64,000 nucleotides of DNA from an uncultured Gemella sp. GTDB taxonomy: Bacteria > Bacillota > Bacilli > Staphylococcales > Gemellaceae. The position numbers were made by a program, and so were the translations under genes. Below the pieces are notes generated by a model, which was not told where the DNA came from, did no database searches, and saw nothing but the letters and a program-made list of their open reading frames with translations. The stretch lies in NCBI RefSeq assembly GCF_963525875.1, contig NZ_CAURMG010000005.1, positions 3,406 to 67,405 of the forward strand, written 5' to 3'. Positions 39,276-48,930 of this stretch are shown here, piece by piece; position 1 is the first letter of the stretch, and each line of letters begins with the position of its first letter.

Positions 39276-40799
39276 ATGAAAATTTCCAAAATTAGTAAGA
39301 TCGATAATAAGAATTTCAAACTTGAAACTTCACTACTCTTCGATGGAATTTTAGTAGGATTAGCTGCTGGTATTGTCGGAGCAAGCTACAGGCTTCTTAT
39401 CGGTTACAGCGAAAAACTCGTTCACTATACTGCAGACTTTATCAAAACCGGTTTTATTTATAAAATAGCACTCTTACTTATATTAATAATACTTGCATTA
39501 TTTTCAGGTTTCTTATTAAAACGAGAACCCATGGCTAGTGGAAGTGGAATCCCTCAAGTTTCTGCAGAAATTACCGGTAGACTAAATTCAAATCCACTAC
39601 GAGTTCTTATTTATAAAATAATAGGTGGTTTAACAGCAAGTCTCGGTGGTTTATCACTTGGACGTGAAGGACCTTCAATTCAACTTGGCGCAATGAGTGG
39701 AAAACTCGTATCTAGAATACTAAAAAAGAATAATATTAAAGAAAAATACTTAATTACATGTGGAGCGAGTGCTGGCCTATCAATTGCTTTTGGTGCTCCA
39801 CTTGCAGGAGTATTATTTTCTATAGAAGAAGTCCATAAGCAAATTACAAAAAAAATAGTAATCTGTTGTTTTAGTGCTGCTGTGATAGCAAATATTGTTG
39901 GTCAATATATTTTCGGACTTACAGCTATCTTTAAATTTCCAGATATACCTTATGTCGAAGTAAGTATTTATCCTTGGGTTGCTTTACTAGGGATACTATT
40001 AGGATTATTTGGGACATTTTACAATGTTACTATAAAAATACTTTTTAAAATTTATGAAGCTCTAAAACTTAATATAGTATTCAGACCACAAGTAGCTTTC
40101 CTTATTTCATTTATACTATTTATTTTTTATCCAATAGTACTAGGAAGTGGTCATAGCTTAGTAGAATTTCTAATAGAAAATAAATTTAGTTTTATGTTTC
40201 TATTAACCTTATACTTTATAAAAACAATATTCTCCCTTGTATCATTTACATCAGGTGTTGCTGGAGGTATATTCTTACCTATATTAATCCAAGGTGCAAT
40301 ACTAGGGACACTATTTAGTAACTTCTTTGACGCCAAATATACTGCATTATTTGTAATATTATCAATGTCTGGGTACTTAACTGCAATTGTAAGAAGTCCT
40401 ATTACATCTATCATACTACTATTTGAAATGACACAAAAACTAAACTATTTCCTACCTATAGCACTTTGTTGTCTATTCTCATACATGACTGCAAATATTC
40501 TTGGTACAAAACCAGTATACGAATATTTACTAGACCGTATATTAACAAGTAATAAACTAGAAGATAACGAATTAGAAATGGAAGTAGAGATTTTAACTAC
40601 AATATCAAATGATAGTTCATTAATAGGAAAACAAATACGTGAAATTGACTGGACAAAAGGGGCACTTGTTTCTCAAATCGAACGTTCCGGTAGAGAAATA
40701 GTACCAAAAGGAACAACTGTCTTAGAAGCAAATGATAAACTTACTGTCATTATGCCGAAAAAATGCGTTGATTTATTTTTAAAACAATTTAGTGAATAA
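39276..40799 (+). CDS. ClC family H+/Cl- exchange transporter with C-terminal TrkA-C (RCK_C) domain
   Basis: GSGIP, GREGP, GGIFLP signatures; start at MKISK (RBS AAGGAG). Confidence 0.92.
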   Translation: MKISKISKIDNKNFKLETSLLFDGILVGLAAGIVGASYRLLIGYSEKLVHYTADFIKTGFIYKIALLLILIILALFSGFLLKREPMASGSGIPQVSAEITGRLNSNPLRVLIYKIIGGLTASLGGLSLGREGPSIQLGAMSGKLVSRILKKNNIKEKYLITCGASAGLSIAFGAPLAGVLFSIEEVHKQITKKIVICCFSAAVIANIVGQYIFGLTAIFKFPDIPYVEVSIYPWVALLGILLGLFGTFYNVTIKILFKIYEALKLNIVFRPQVAFLISFILFIFYPIVLGSGHSLVEFLIENKFSFMFLLTLYFIKTIFSLVSFTSGVAGGIFLPILIQGAILGTLFSNFFDAKYTALFVILSMSGYLTAIVRSPITSIILLFEMTQKLNYFLPIALCCLFSYMTANILGTKPVYEYLLDRILTSNKLEDNELEMEVEILTTISNDSSLIGKQIREIDWTKGALVSQIERSGREIVPKGTTVLEANDKLTVIMPKKCVDLFLKQFSE

Positions 40800-40803
40800 A
40801 AAG

Positions 40804-40873
40804 AAAACTAGGGGATGACTCGACAAAATCGATTTCTACGAAATCATGATTTTTGAGTTCACCCCCTAGTTTT
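40804..40873 (-). repeat. Left-arm hairpin of the MITE-like repeat serving as a bidirectional terminator
   Basis: AAAACTAGGGG-ATGACTCGACAAAATCGATTTCTACGAAATCATGATTTTTGAGTTC-ACCCCCTAGTTTT; reverse complement of the repeat start. Confidence 0.7.
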
Positions 40874-40878
40874 TAATT

Positions 40879-41676
40879 TTATAGTACATTAAAATGTTTT
40901 AAGGCATTTGTTATTCCATCATCATCTACGCTTGTAGTAATATAATCAGCAATTCCTTTTACATTTTCTCCGGCATTCCCCATTGCTACACCGATTCCCG
41001 CATGTTTCAACATATCAATGTCATTACCACCATCTCCAAATGCCATAGTTTCTTCTAATTTAATACCAAAATAAGCTATAACAGCATCAATTCCAGTATT
41101 TTTTCCACCATCTTTTGGAATAACATCTGTAAAGTGGTTAGTCCAACGAGCTGCTTTTGAATTAGGCATATAAGCTAAGAATCCCGCTTCTTCCTCTTCA
41201 GATACAAATACATTAAGCTGATATATTTTTTCGCTAATAGCCTTATCATACGCTAAAGGATCTTCCTTAAAACGATCAGGATCTCCTAATTCATCTTCAA
41301 GCCACTTAACTCGTGAATTTTTAAGATTCATAAATGCCCCATCCAATAAAGCAAAATCACATGCTATATTATTCTCTTTAAAATAAGGAAGAACATTTTT
41401 TATATCTTCTTGAGATAATATCTTATCATTTAAAACTTCACCCGTCTCCAAGTAACAATACTGACCATTTATTGTCACATAGCCATCAAATTTAAAATCC
41501 AATAGATCATTTAAAAATGTAGTGTGAAATGGAGCTCTTCCTGTCGCAATAAATATTTTAATTCCTTTTTCTTTTAATCTTTTTAAAGTATTTGCTGTAT
41601 TCTCTGGAATTGACTTAGTTTTAAAACTTCGTATTGTTCCATCAATATCAAAAAAAATCGCTTTTATATTCGTCAT
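40879..41676 (-). CDS. Cof-type HAD-IIB hydrolase
   Basis: FFDIDGT, ATGR, FGDGGNDIDML, AMGNA. Confidence 0.92.
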   Translation of the reverse strand: MTNIKAIFFDIDGTIRSFKTKSIPENTANTLKRLKEKGIKIFIATGRAPFHTTFLNDLLDFKFDGYVTINGQYCYLETGEVLNDKILSQEDIKNVLPYFKENNIACDFALLDGAFMNLKNSRVKWLEDELGDPDRFKEDPLAYDKAISEKIYQLNVFVSEEEEAGFLAYMPNSKAARWTNHFTDVIPKDGGKNTGIDAVIAYFGIKLEETMAFGDGGNDIDMLKHAGIGVAMGNAGENVKGIADYITTSVDDDGITNALKHFNVL

Positions 41677-41678
41677 TA

Positions 41679-42683
41679 TTATTCTCCATTTCCATCTAAT
41701 TTAATAACACTATGTCTCGTTTTTAAATCGTAGCCAATTAATAGCTTTATGTCTGTCTCTTCTTTTCTAATTACGCTAAGAAGCATATTAACCGTCTGCT
41801 TAGCTGCATCTTCTAAATCAAATTTTATCGTAGTTAATGGAGATTTCAGCAAAGCTGAAGATGTATAATCTCCAAATGCAGCAACTGAATAGTTCTCCCC
41901 AACATTTAATCCCGCTTCTTCTAATGCTTTTATAGCTCCATAAGCCAAATTATCCGTAGCACAAATTAGACAGCTGTCTTCTTTTAGTTTTTCAATATTT
42001 CCTTTTACGGTTGAATATCCCTCTTCCATACCAAAATTCGTAATTAGTACATTTCCAGGCGATAGATTATACTTTTCTAATGTCCTAATAACACCTAATT
42101 TTCTATAATATCCTACTGCAATGTCTTCTTCACTTACACCTAAATAAGCTATTCTCTTATGACCTTGAGCTAATACATAATTCGTTAAATCTCTAGCAGC
42201 ATTAAAATCATTGTACTCAACACTGTATGTGTATTCTCCTTCTTGACCAAGCATTACAACAGGAACATCTATAGATTTTATCGTACTTTCGTATGTTTTA
42301 CTCATTGTAGTCGGTAGTAAAATTATTCCATCAACATTCATTCTTGCCAATTTTTTTATATATTCTAGTTGTTTATTCTCATCAAAATTAGCATTCATAA
42401 TTAATGTCTCGTAATTATTATTTTTCAATTCTTTATCAAGATATTTTAGAGTATTCCCACTAACATACGAGTGTAAGCATGGAACTATTACCCCAATAAT
42501 CTTACTATCTATACTTTTTAATGCTTTTGCAAAAGTATTCGGCGTATAATTATACTTGTCTACTATTTCTTTAATTCGCTTATGTGTTTCTTCCTTTAAA
42601 TTTCCACCATTAAAATATCTAGAGACAGTAGTAGTTCCTACTCCAGCCATACGTGCTATATCTACTATTGTCAGTTTTTTCAT
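41679..42683 (-). CDS. LacI family transcriptional regulator (ScrR-like)
   Basis: TIVDIARMAGVGTTTVSRYFN, YTPNTFAKAL. Confidence 0.92.
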   Translation of the reverse strand: MKKLTIVDIARMAGVGTTTVSRYFNGGNLKEETHKRIKEIVDKYNYTPNTFAKALKSIDSKIIGVIVPCLHSYVSGNTLKYLDKELKNNNYETLIMNANFDENKQLEYIKKLARMNVDGIILLPTTMSKTYESTIKSIDVPVVMLGQEGEYTYSVEYNDFNAARDLTNYVLAQGHKRIAYLGVSEEDIAVGYYRKLGVIRTLEKYNLSPGNVLITNFGMEEGYSTVKGNIEKLKEDSCLICATDNLAYGAIKALEEAGLNVGENYSVAAFGDYTSSALLKSPLTTIKFDLEDAAKQTVNMLLSVIRKEETDIKLLIGYDLKTRHSVIKLDGNGE

Positions 42684-43114
42684 AGATTACCTCCTTAAAT
42701 CACATCCTTAATTATATACGATTAGAGAGAATAAATAAAGAATTATATAAGAACAATTTTAGAAAATATTTAAACTAAAATTTTATTAAAATACAACGAT
42801 ACATATTTTAGACATTAAAAGTTTACTTATTATATTTTTGGACTTATTGTAATACAATTTATTAAAAAAATATATGATTATTCTAGTAAAAACCATTATG
42901 ATAATAGTAACCCTTACTGTTTAATAGAATATTCATTTACTTATATATCTACACTCCTAAACTGTATCATCACAGAGTAAGTAAATTTAAACAACAGATT
43001 TACAAATACTATCAAACAAGCATAGAACAATATGAACAATTATTCCTAAAAAATTTAAACAAACCCCTTGAAATCCTTTCCTAAAAGTGGTATAGTTTTC
43101 CTTGGAGGTATATT

Positions 43115-43849
43115 ATGATAGTTCAATTAAAAAACGTATCAAAACAATATAAAGATGCTAACTTCAAACTTGAAAATATATCGTTTGATATTAATAAAAA
43201 AGAAGTTATTGGAATAATCGGTAGAAATGGTACAGGAAAAAGTACAATTCTAAAGATGATTAATGGTATTGTTTCATATGATAGTGGAGATATTCTTTAT
43301 AAAAACTCTTCTATTAAATCTATGGATGCAAGTACCCTTAGAAAAACTAGAAAAAATCTAGCATATATATTCCAACACTCAAATCTTATTGATAATAAAA
43401 CTGTATATTATCACTTGAGCTTAGTATACAAACTAAATAAGGTTTCAGTTGATAAAAAGAAAATAGATGATATTCTTGAATTCATGAATATTACAAGACT
43501 AAAAAATAGTCTTTGTGGTAGTTTAAGTGGTGGTGAACAACAAAAAGTCGCCATTGCTATGGCTCTACTTCAAGAACCAGAAGTTCTACTTTGTGATGAA
43601 ATTAGTTCTGCTTTAGATACTAATAGTGAAAAAGAAATCTTTGCACTATTGAATAAATTGCGAACTACAACTGATATTTCAATTGTTATGATTTCACATA
43701 GTCTTTCATTACTTAAGAACTTTTGTGACAGAGTAGTAGTTATCGATGATTCTACTATAAAAGATATTGTCGTACCTAATAAAAATGCAAAAGATGATTA
43801 CGACAGTAATTACTATAACTACGTAAAGGAGTTTTTACTAAATGATTGA
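43115..43849 (+). CDS. Met-type ABC transporter ATP-binding protein (short, no NIL domain)
   Basis: GRNGTGKST, LSGGEQQK, CDEISSALD. Confidence 0.85.
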   Translation: MIVQLKNVSKQYKDANFKLENISFDINKKEVIGIIGRNGTGKSTILKMINGIVSYDSGDILYKNSSIKSMDASTLRKTRKNLAYIFQHSNLIDNKTVYYHLSLVYKLNKVSVDKKKIDDILEFMNITRLKNSLCGSLSGGEQQKVAIAMALLQEPEVLLCDEISSALDTNSEKEIFALLNKLRTTTDISIVMISHSLSLLKNFCDRVVVIDDSTIKDIVVPNKNAKDDYDSNYYNYVKEFLLND

Positions 43850-44513
43850 TTTATTTAAAGCCAATTACGATGGTATTATGAAAGCATTTTGGGAAACAAA
43901 CTATATGATGATTTACTCAATGTTAACAGTATTTTTTATTTCCCTACCACTAGGTATTATGCTTTTTTCTTTCAGTCGTGATTATTTATTAAAAAATAGA
44001 GCAGTTTATGAAGGACTTAGCATTGCACTTAATGCCCTACGTAGTGTTCCATTTTTAATTTTTGTATTCATACTAATTCCTGTAAATAGATTTTTATTTA
44101 AAACATCTTTTGGGAATATTGCAGCAATCTTGCCACTTACTCTTGTTGGTGTAAGTATTTATGCTCGTTTTGTTGAACAAGCACTAATCAACGTTCCTAA
44201 AAAAATCGTTGATAGAGCTATTAGTATGGGAGCTACAAAAGTTCAAATTATTAGGTATTTCCTATTACCAGCTACAATGGATAACTTAATTTTATCATTC
44301 ACCTACACTACAATTAGTTTATTAGCTTATACTACTGTAATGGGAGTTATTGGAGCCGGTGGTCTTGGTGAATTTGCATTCAGATATGGATACCAAGAAT
44401 ATAATTATGATTTAATGTACCTAATCGTAATAATATTTATAATCTATGTATTTATTATTCAATCAATAGGTTATGGATTAGCTAAACGTTTTACAAACAA
44501 GAAGGAGAAATAA
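43842..44513 (+). CDS. MetI-like ABC permease
   Basis: LRSVPFLI, GAGGLGEFA. Confidence 0.87.
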   Translation: MIDLFKANYDGIMKAFWETNYMMIYSMLTVFFISLPLGIMLFSFSRDYLLKNRAVYEGLSIALNALRSVPFLIFVFILIPVNRFLFKTSFGNIAAILPLTLVGVSIYARFVEQALINVPKKIVDRAISMGATKVQIIRYFLLPATMDNLILSFTYTTISLLAYTTVMGVIGAGGLGEFAFRYGYQEYNYDLMYLIVIIFIIYVFIIQSIGYGLAKRFTNKKEK

Positions 44514-44518
44514 AACCA

Positions 44519-45343
44519 ATGAAAAAATTATTATCATTTGTTGCTAGCCTTTTAGCGCTTGTACTTGTATTAACTGCATGTTCTAGCAAAACTAGCGATA
44601 AAAAAGAAGAAAAACAAGAAAACAAAACAATTAAAGTTGCTGCTCATGTCCCACCATTTACTGACATGTTAGAATTAGTTAAAGAAGATTTACAAAAAGA
44701 AGGATACACTCTTGAAATTGTAAAAGTATCTGATAACGTTCAAGCTAATGTTGCTTTAGCAAATAAAGAAATCGATGCTAACTTCTTCCAACATGAACCA
44801 TTCATGAAACAATACAATGAAAAAAATAAAACTAACTTAGTAGCTGTGGCAAAAGTTTATAACTCTATTCCAGCATTCTACTCAAAAACAGTTAAAAATA
44901 TTAAAGATCTTAAAGATGGTGCTGATGTAGCAATTCCATCAGATGCATCAAACATGGCTCGTGCATTAAGATTATTAGCTCACGGTGGATTAATCACATT
45001 AAATGATCCAAACAGCTATAATGTAACTGTAAAAGATATTAAAGATAATCCTAAACACCTTAAATTCACTGAAGTTGGACTTTTAAACTTAAGTGATGCC
45101 TATGCAGAAAAAGATTTAGTTTTTAACTACCCAACTTACATTGCTAAATTAAACCTTACACCAATGAAAGATGGACTTCTAATGGAAGACAAAGCTGACT
45201 TTACATATGCTGGAGTACTTGCTGCTCGTGAAGATAACAAAGACGACGCTAAAATCCAAGCAGTTAAAAAAGCTTTAACTAGCCAAAAAGTTAAAGACTT
45301 CTTACAAAAGAATTTCGAAGGTAAAGCTACTGCAGCTTTCTAA
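44519..45343 (+). CDS. metQ: MetQ/NlpA family lipoprotein, paralog 1
   Basis: Lipobox LTAC; DANFFQHEPF; RALRLL. Confidence 0.88.
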   Translation: MKKLLSFVASLLALVLVLTACSSKTSDKKEEKQENKTIKVAAHVPPFTDMLELVKEDLQKEGYTLEIVKVSDNVQANVALANKEIDANFFQHEPFMKQYNEKNKTNLVAVAKVYNSIPAFYSKTVKNIKDLKDGADVAIPSDASNMARALRLLAHGGLITLNDPNSYNVTVKDIKDNPKHLKFTEVGLLNLSDAYAEKDLVFNYPTYIAKLNLTPMKDGLLMEDKADFTYAGVLAAREDNKDDAKIQAVKKALTSQKVKDFLQKNFEGKATAAF

Positions 45344-45440
45344 AATATTAATTTTAACTAATCTATAATCTAAAAATAATCAACGAACTTACCTCTAAAT
45401 AAAAAATATACATTTAAAATATATTCACAGGAGACAAACA

Positions 45441-46271
45441 ATGAAAAAAATAATTTCATTTATTGCCAGCTTAACAGCTTTATTATTAATCCTAACAGCA
45501 TGTTCAAGTAAAACTGAACCTAAAAAAGAAGAGAAAAAAGAACCTGTTACTGTAAAAGTAGCTTCTCACACTTCTCCAATGACAGATATGTTAGAAATGA
45601 TTAAAGAAGATCTTAAAAAAGACGGTTACAACTTAGAGATCGTTAAAGTTTCTGATAACGTTCAAGCTAACGTTGCGTTAAACAATAAAGAAGTTGACGC
45701 TAACTTCTTCCAACACAAACCATTCATGGAACAATTTAACCAAAAAAATAACGCTAAACTTGTAGCTGTTCAACCTATTTACAACGCAACTGTATCATTC
45801 TACTCTAAAACTCTTAAAGATATTAAAGATCTTAAAGATGGTGCAGATGTAGCTATCCCTTCAGATCCAACAAACTTAGCTCGTGCTTTACGTTTATTAG
45901 ATCACGCTAAAGTTATTACTCTTAAAGATCCAAATAGTTTCACAGTAACTGAAGCTGATATCAAAGATAATCCAAAACACCTTAAATTTACTAAAGTAAG
46001 CTTACTTAACCTAAACGAAGCATACAATGAAAAAGATTTAGTGTTTAACTACCCAACTTACATTTCTAAATTAGGATTAACTCCTGATAAAAATGGTCTA
46101 GCTCTTGAAAAAGCAGATGACTTAACATTCGCTATCTCACTTGTAGCTCGCGAAGATAACAAAGACGATGCTAAAGTAGCAGCTGTTAAGAAAGCATTAG
46201 CTAGTGAAAAAGTTAAAGAATACATCAACAAAGAACTTAAACCAAAAGGACACGCAACTCCTGCGTTCTAA
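45441..46271 (+). CDS. metQ: MetQ/NlpA family lipoprotein, paralog 2
   Basis: Lipobox LTAC; DANFFQHKPF; clearly a tandem duplicate of 44519-45343. Confidence 0.88.
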   Translation: MKKIISFIASLTALLLILTACSSKTEPKKEEKKEPVTVKVASHTSPMTDMLEMIKEDLKKDGYNLEIVKVSDNVQANVALNNKEVDANFFQHKPFMEQFNQKNNAKLVAVQPIYNATVSFYSKTLKDIKDLKDGADVAIPSDPTNLARALRLLDHAKVITLKDPNSFTVTEADIKDNPKHLKFTKVSLLNLNEAYNEKDLVFNYPTYISKLGLTPDKNGLALEKADDLTFAISLVAREDNKDDAKVAAVKKALASEKVKEYINKELKPKGHATPAF

Positions 46272-46279
46272 TATGAAGT

Positions 46280-46316
46280 AAAATACTTAGCAGACAATGT
46301 TTGCTAAGTATTTTTT
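46280..46316 (+). terminator. Terminator of the Met ABC operon
   Basis: AAAATACTTAGCA...TGCTAAGTATTTTTT. Confidence 0.75.
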
Positions 46317-46468
46317 ACTTTACTATACCTTTATAACTAACTCTAATCACTCTATTTAACAATGTTCTATTAATTATATTTTTATGCTCTCAAATGCCAG
46401 TAGGCCCTCTCTTGAATAGACGGCAGAATAATATCTGATAACTTGCTAGCCCACCTATTCATAACAAA

Positions 46469-46500
46469 AAAAGAAACTGACTTTTACATCAGTTTCTTTT
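46469..46500 (-). terminator. Terminator of the mal operon
   Basis: AAAAGAAACTGA...TCAGTTTCTTTT. Confidence 0.75.
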
Positions 46501-46511
46501 GATTAATTATC

Positions 46512-48098
46512 TTATTTGTGTAATTCTTTTTCGAAAGCTTCTCTAACTTGTCCTACAGAGAATCCGATGATTACTTGAATAGCTTTACCGTTACGAGCAA
46601 CTCCAAGAGCTCCAGAACGTTTTAAGAATTCATCATCTTTTACTAAGCTTTCGTCTTTAACGTTAACACGTAATCTTGTTACACAGTTAGTAACATCTAC
46701 GATGTTATCTTTACCACCTAAACCTTCTAAAATGATTACTGCTTGATCATCGTGAGTAGCTGCATCATCTCTAACTTCTGGTTTTGGTGCTTCTTTACCT
46801 TTTTCACGGTACTCTTGTTTAGAGTAAAGTTTTGTTTCAGCATCATCTGCTTCACGTCCAGGTGTGTTTAATTGGAATTTAAGGATTAAGAATCTAAATA
46901 CGAAGAAGTAGATTACAGAAAATACTAATCCAATTACGATTTGAACGAATACTTGAGATGAGTGGTTTTTGAACATTGGTAACCAGTTAAGTGCTAAAAA
47001 GTCGATTAATCCACTTCCGAAGTTACCTACAACTCCAAATTGATACATAGTTGCTGACATTAATGCACCTAATACTGCGTGAGTCGCGAATAACATTGGT
47101 GCTGCGAATAAGAATGTGAACTCGATTGGTTCAGTGATTCCTGTTAAGAAACCAGTAAGTGCAGCTGGAACTAATAACCCTGCTACAACTTTTTTCTTGC
47201 TGTCTTTAGCTGTTACATACATAGCTAAAGCTGCTGCTGGTAAACCAAATACTTTTGAGTTACCGTGTAATGAGAATCCACCTTGAGGGAATAACTCTTT
47301 TAATGGAGTTGTGCTTTGAGAGAACTCTTGAATGTGTTGTACCCAGTAAGCTGTGATTCCATTTTCTACTACTGCTGGTCCAAACATGAATGGTCCATAG
47401 ATAAAGTGGTGTAATCCTGTTGGGATTAAAATTCTTTCTAGGAATGTGTAAGTGAATACCCCTGCAACTCCAGAAACTTTTAAGAATCCTTGTAATGCAG
47501 CAATTCCTAGTTGAACTTTTGGCCATAATAAAGCTGTTAAGAATGCAGCTGGAATCATGATTAGGAACCCAACTAAGATAACGAATGTTGACCCTTGGAA
47601 AATTCCTAATAATTCAGGTAATTTTTTGTCAAAGTATCTGTTGTGGATCCATACTGAGATAGATGCAATAACGATAGAACCGATGATTGAAGTATCTAAT
47701 GTAATTGCTCCAGCAATTCTTGTAATACCTGTAGGTAATTTAAGAGCTGGTGTTACATCTACTCCAAAGAATTTGAATTGAGTTAAGAATCCATTGATGA
47801 AGTAGTTGAAAACCATGTAGATTAAGAACGCTTCTAATGCAGCACGACCGTTTGCTTTTTTAGCAAGACCGATTGGAATACCAAGTGCGAACACTACTGG
47901 CATTTGATTAAAGATTGTCCATCCTCCTTGTTCAACTACGAACCAGAAGTTATACCAAAGTGTTCCTTCTGTCGCGATGCTCCCTACTAAGTTAGGGTTT
48001 TTAAAAATTGAAGTTAATCCAACTACTAATCCGAAGAATGCGAAAATAATAGATGGCATTAACATAGCGCCTCCAAAACGCTGAATCTTTTGTAACAT
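46512..48098 (-). CDS. PTS alpha-glucoside-specific EIICB (GlvC/AglA-type)
   Basis: QRFGGAM, ERILIPTGLHH, GITEPIEF, EIIB NCVTRLR. Confidence 0.9.
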   Translation of the reverse strand: MLQKIQRFGGAMLMPSIIFAFFGLVVGLTSIFKNPNLVGSIATEGTLWYNFWFVVEQGGWTIFNQMPVVFALGIPIGLAKKANGRAALEAFLIYMVFNYFINGFLTQFKFFGVDVTPALKLPTGITRIAGAITLDTSIIGSIVIASISVWIHNRYFDKKLPELLGIFQGSTFVILVGFLIMIPAAFLTALLWPKVQLGIAALQGFLKVSGVAGVFTYTFLERILIPTGLHHFIYGPFMFGPAVVENGITAYWVQHIQEFSQSTTPLKELFPQGGFSLHGNSKVFGLPAAALAMYVTAKDSKKKVVAGLLVPAALTGFLTGITEPIEFTFLFAAPMLFATHAVLGALMSATMYQFGVVGNFGSGLIDFLALNWLPMFKNHSSQVFVQIVIGLVFSVIYFFVFRFLILKFQLNTPGREADDAETKLYSKQEYREKGKEAPKPEVRDDAATHDDQAVIILEGLGGKDNIVDVTNCVTRLRVNVKDESLVKDDEFLKRSGALGVARNGKAIQVIIGFSVGQVREAFEKELHK

Positions 48099-48117
48099 AA
48101 CATTTTCCTCCTTATAA

Positions 48118-48912
48118 TTATTTTTCTGCTAATGTTACTTCTAAGCCATTATGATCAGAAATAATTGGATAATTATCGTCATTAAATATAACAAAACTTT
48201 CTTTTACATTCAACTTTCTATTTATAAATACATAATCCAATTTTTTCTGACACATAGAATCTTCCCAACCACTTATATTTTTATATACAGTAACTCCCCC
48301 ATCTTTTTTCTCGGCTAATTCATAAGTATCGTATAATCCTTTATCAAGTATGTTTTTGTAGTCATCTACTTGATGGAAATAATCCGTATTGAAATCTCCC
48401 ATGAAAACTTTAAGATTTTTGTTATCTGTATAATTAATTAGGTTGCTAAGATTTTGATCTATGTCTTCTCCTTTACAAGTCGGCAAATTCATATGACAAC
48501 TGTAAAATTCTACGATCTCATCATTTACTTTAAGATCGACTTTTAAAATTTTTCTTGATTCAATAGAAGTTACAGTTTGTTGTGCCGTACAGTAGAAATC
48601 CTCTACGGCAACAACTTCACCCTTAGCTAATATAGCTAATCCTTCTTCGAATTTATCAAATCCTATGTGAGAATATGTCCAGTAATAGCTGTATCCATCC
48701 TCTCCATATTCCTTAATTTTATCTAATAATAATTTTCCGAAGTTATCTGTTTTTATCCCTTGTTGAACATCTTCACTATTAATCAATTGATTTACTTCTT
48801 GCATGGCAACCACGTCATAATTTTTTTCTACAATTACCTTAGCTAAAATATTTAATTTTTCAAGTTGATTTTCTTCTAACCAACTATGTACATTAATCGT
48901 TAATAGTTTCAT
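48118..48912 (-). CDS. Endonuclease/exonuclease/phosphatase family; probable maltose-6'-phosphate phosphatase (MapP-like)
   Basis: KLLTINVHSW, AMQEVNQ, MGDFN, ISDH; located next to a sugar PTS gene. Confidence 0.8.
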   Translation of the reverse strand: MKLLTINVHSWLEENQLEKLNILAKVIVEKNYDVVAMQEVNQLINSEDVQQGIKTDNFGKLLLDKIKEYGEDGYSYYWTYSHIGFDKFEEGLAILAKGEVVAVEDFYCTAQQTVTSIESRKILKVDLKVNDEIVEFYSCHMNLPTCKGEDIDQNLSNLINYTDNKNLKVFMGDFNTDYFHQVDDYKNILDKGLYDTYELAEKKDGGVTVYKNISGWEDSMCQKKLDYVFINRKLNVKESFVIFNDDNYPIISDHNGLEVTLAEK

Positions 48913-48930
48913 ATTATGTTCCCCTTTTCT

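Noticed and set aside
42690..43110. SAM or T-box riboswitch upstream of the second Met ABC operon
   Set aside because: No conserved motifs; a TTGAAA-17-TATAGT promoter lies directly before the RBS, leaving no room for a leader.
46385..46463. Slightly GC-richer intergenic patch with a TGAATAG/CTATTCA inverted repeat
   Set aside because: Weak pairing, no clear promoter, and no family recognised.
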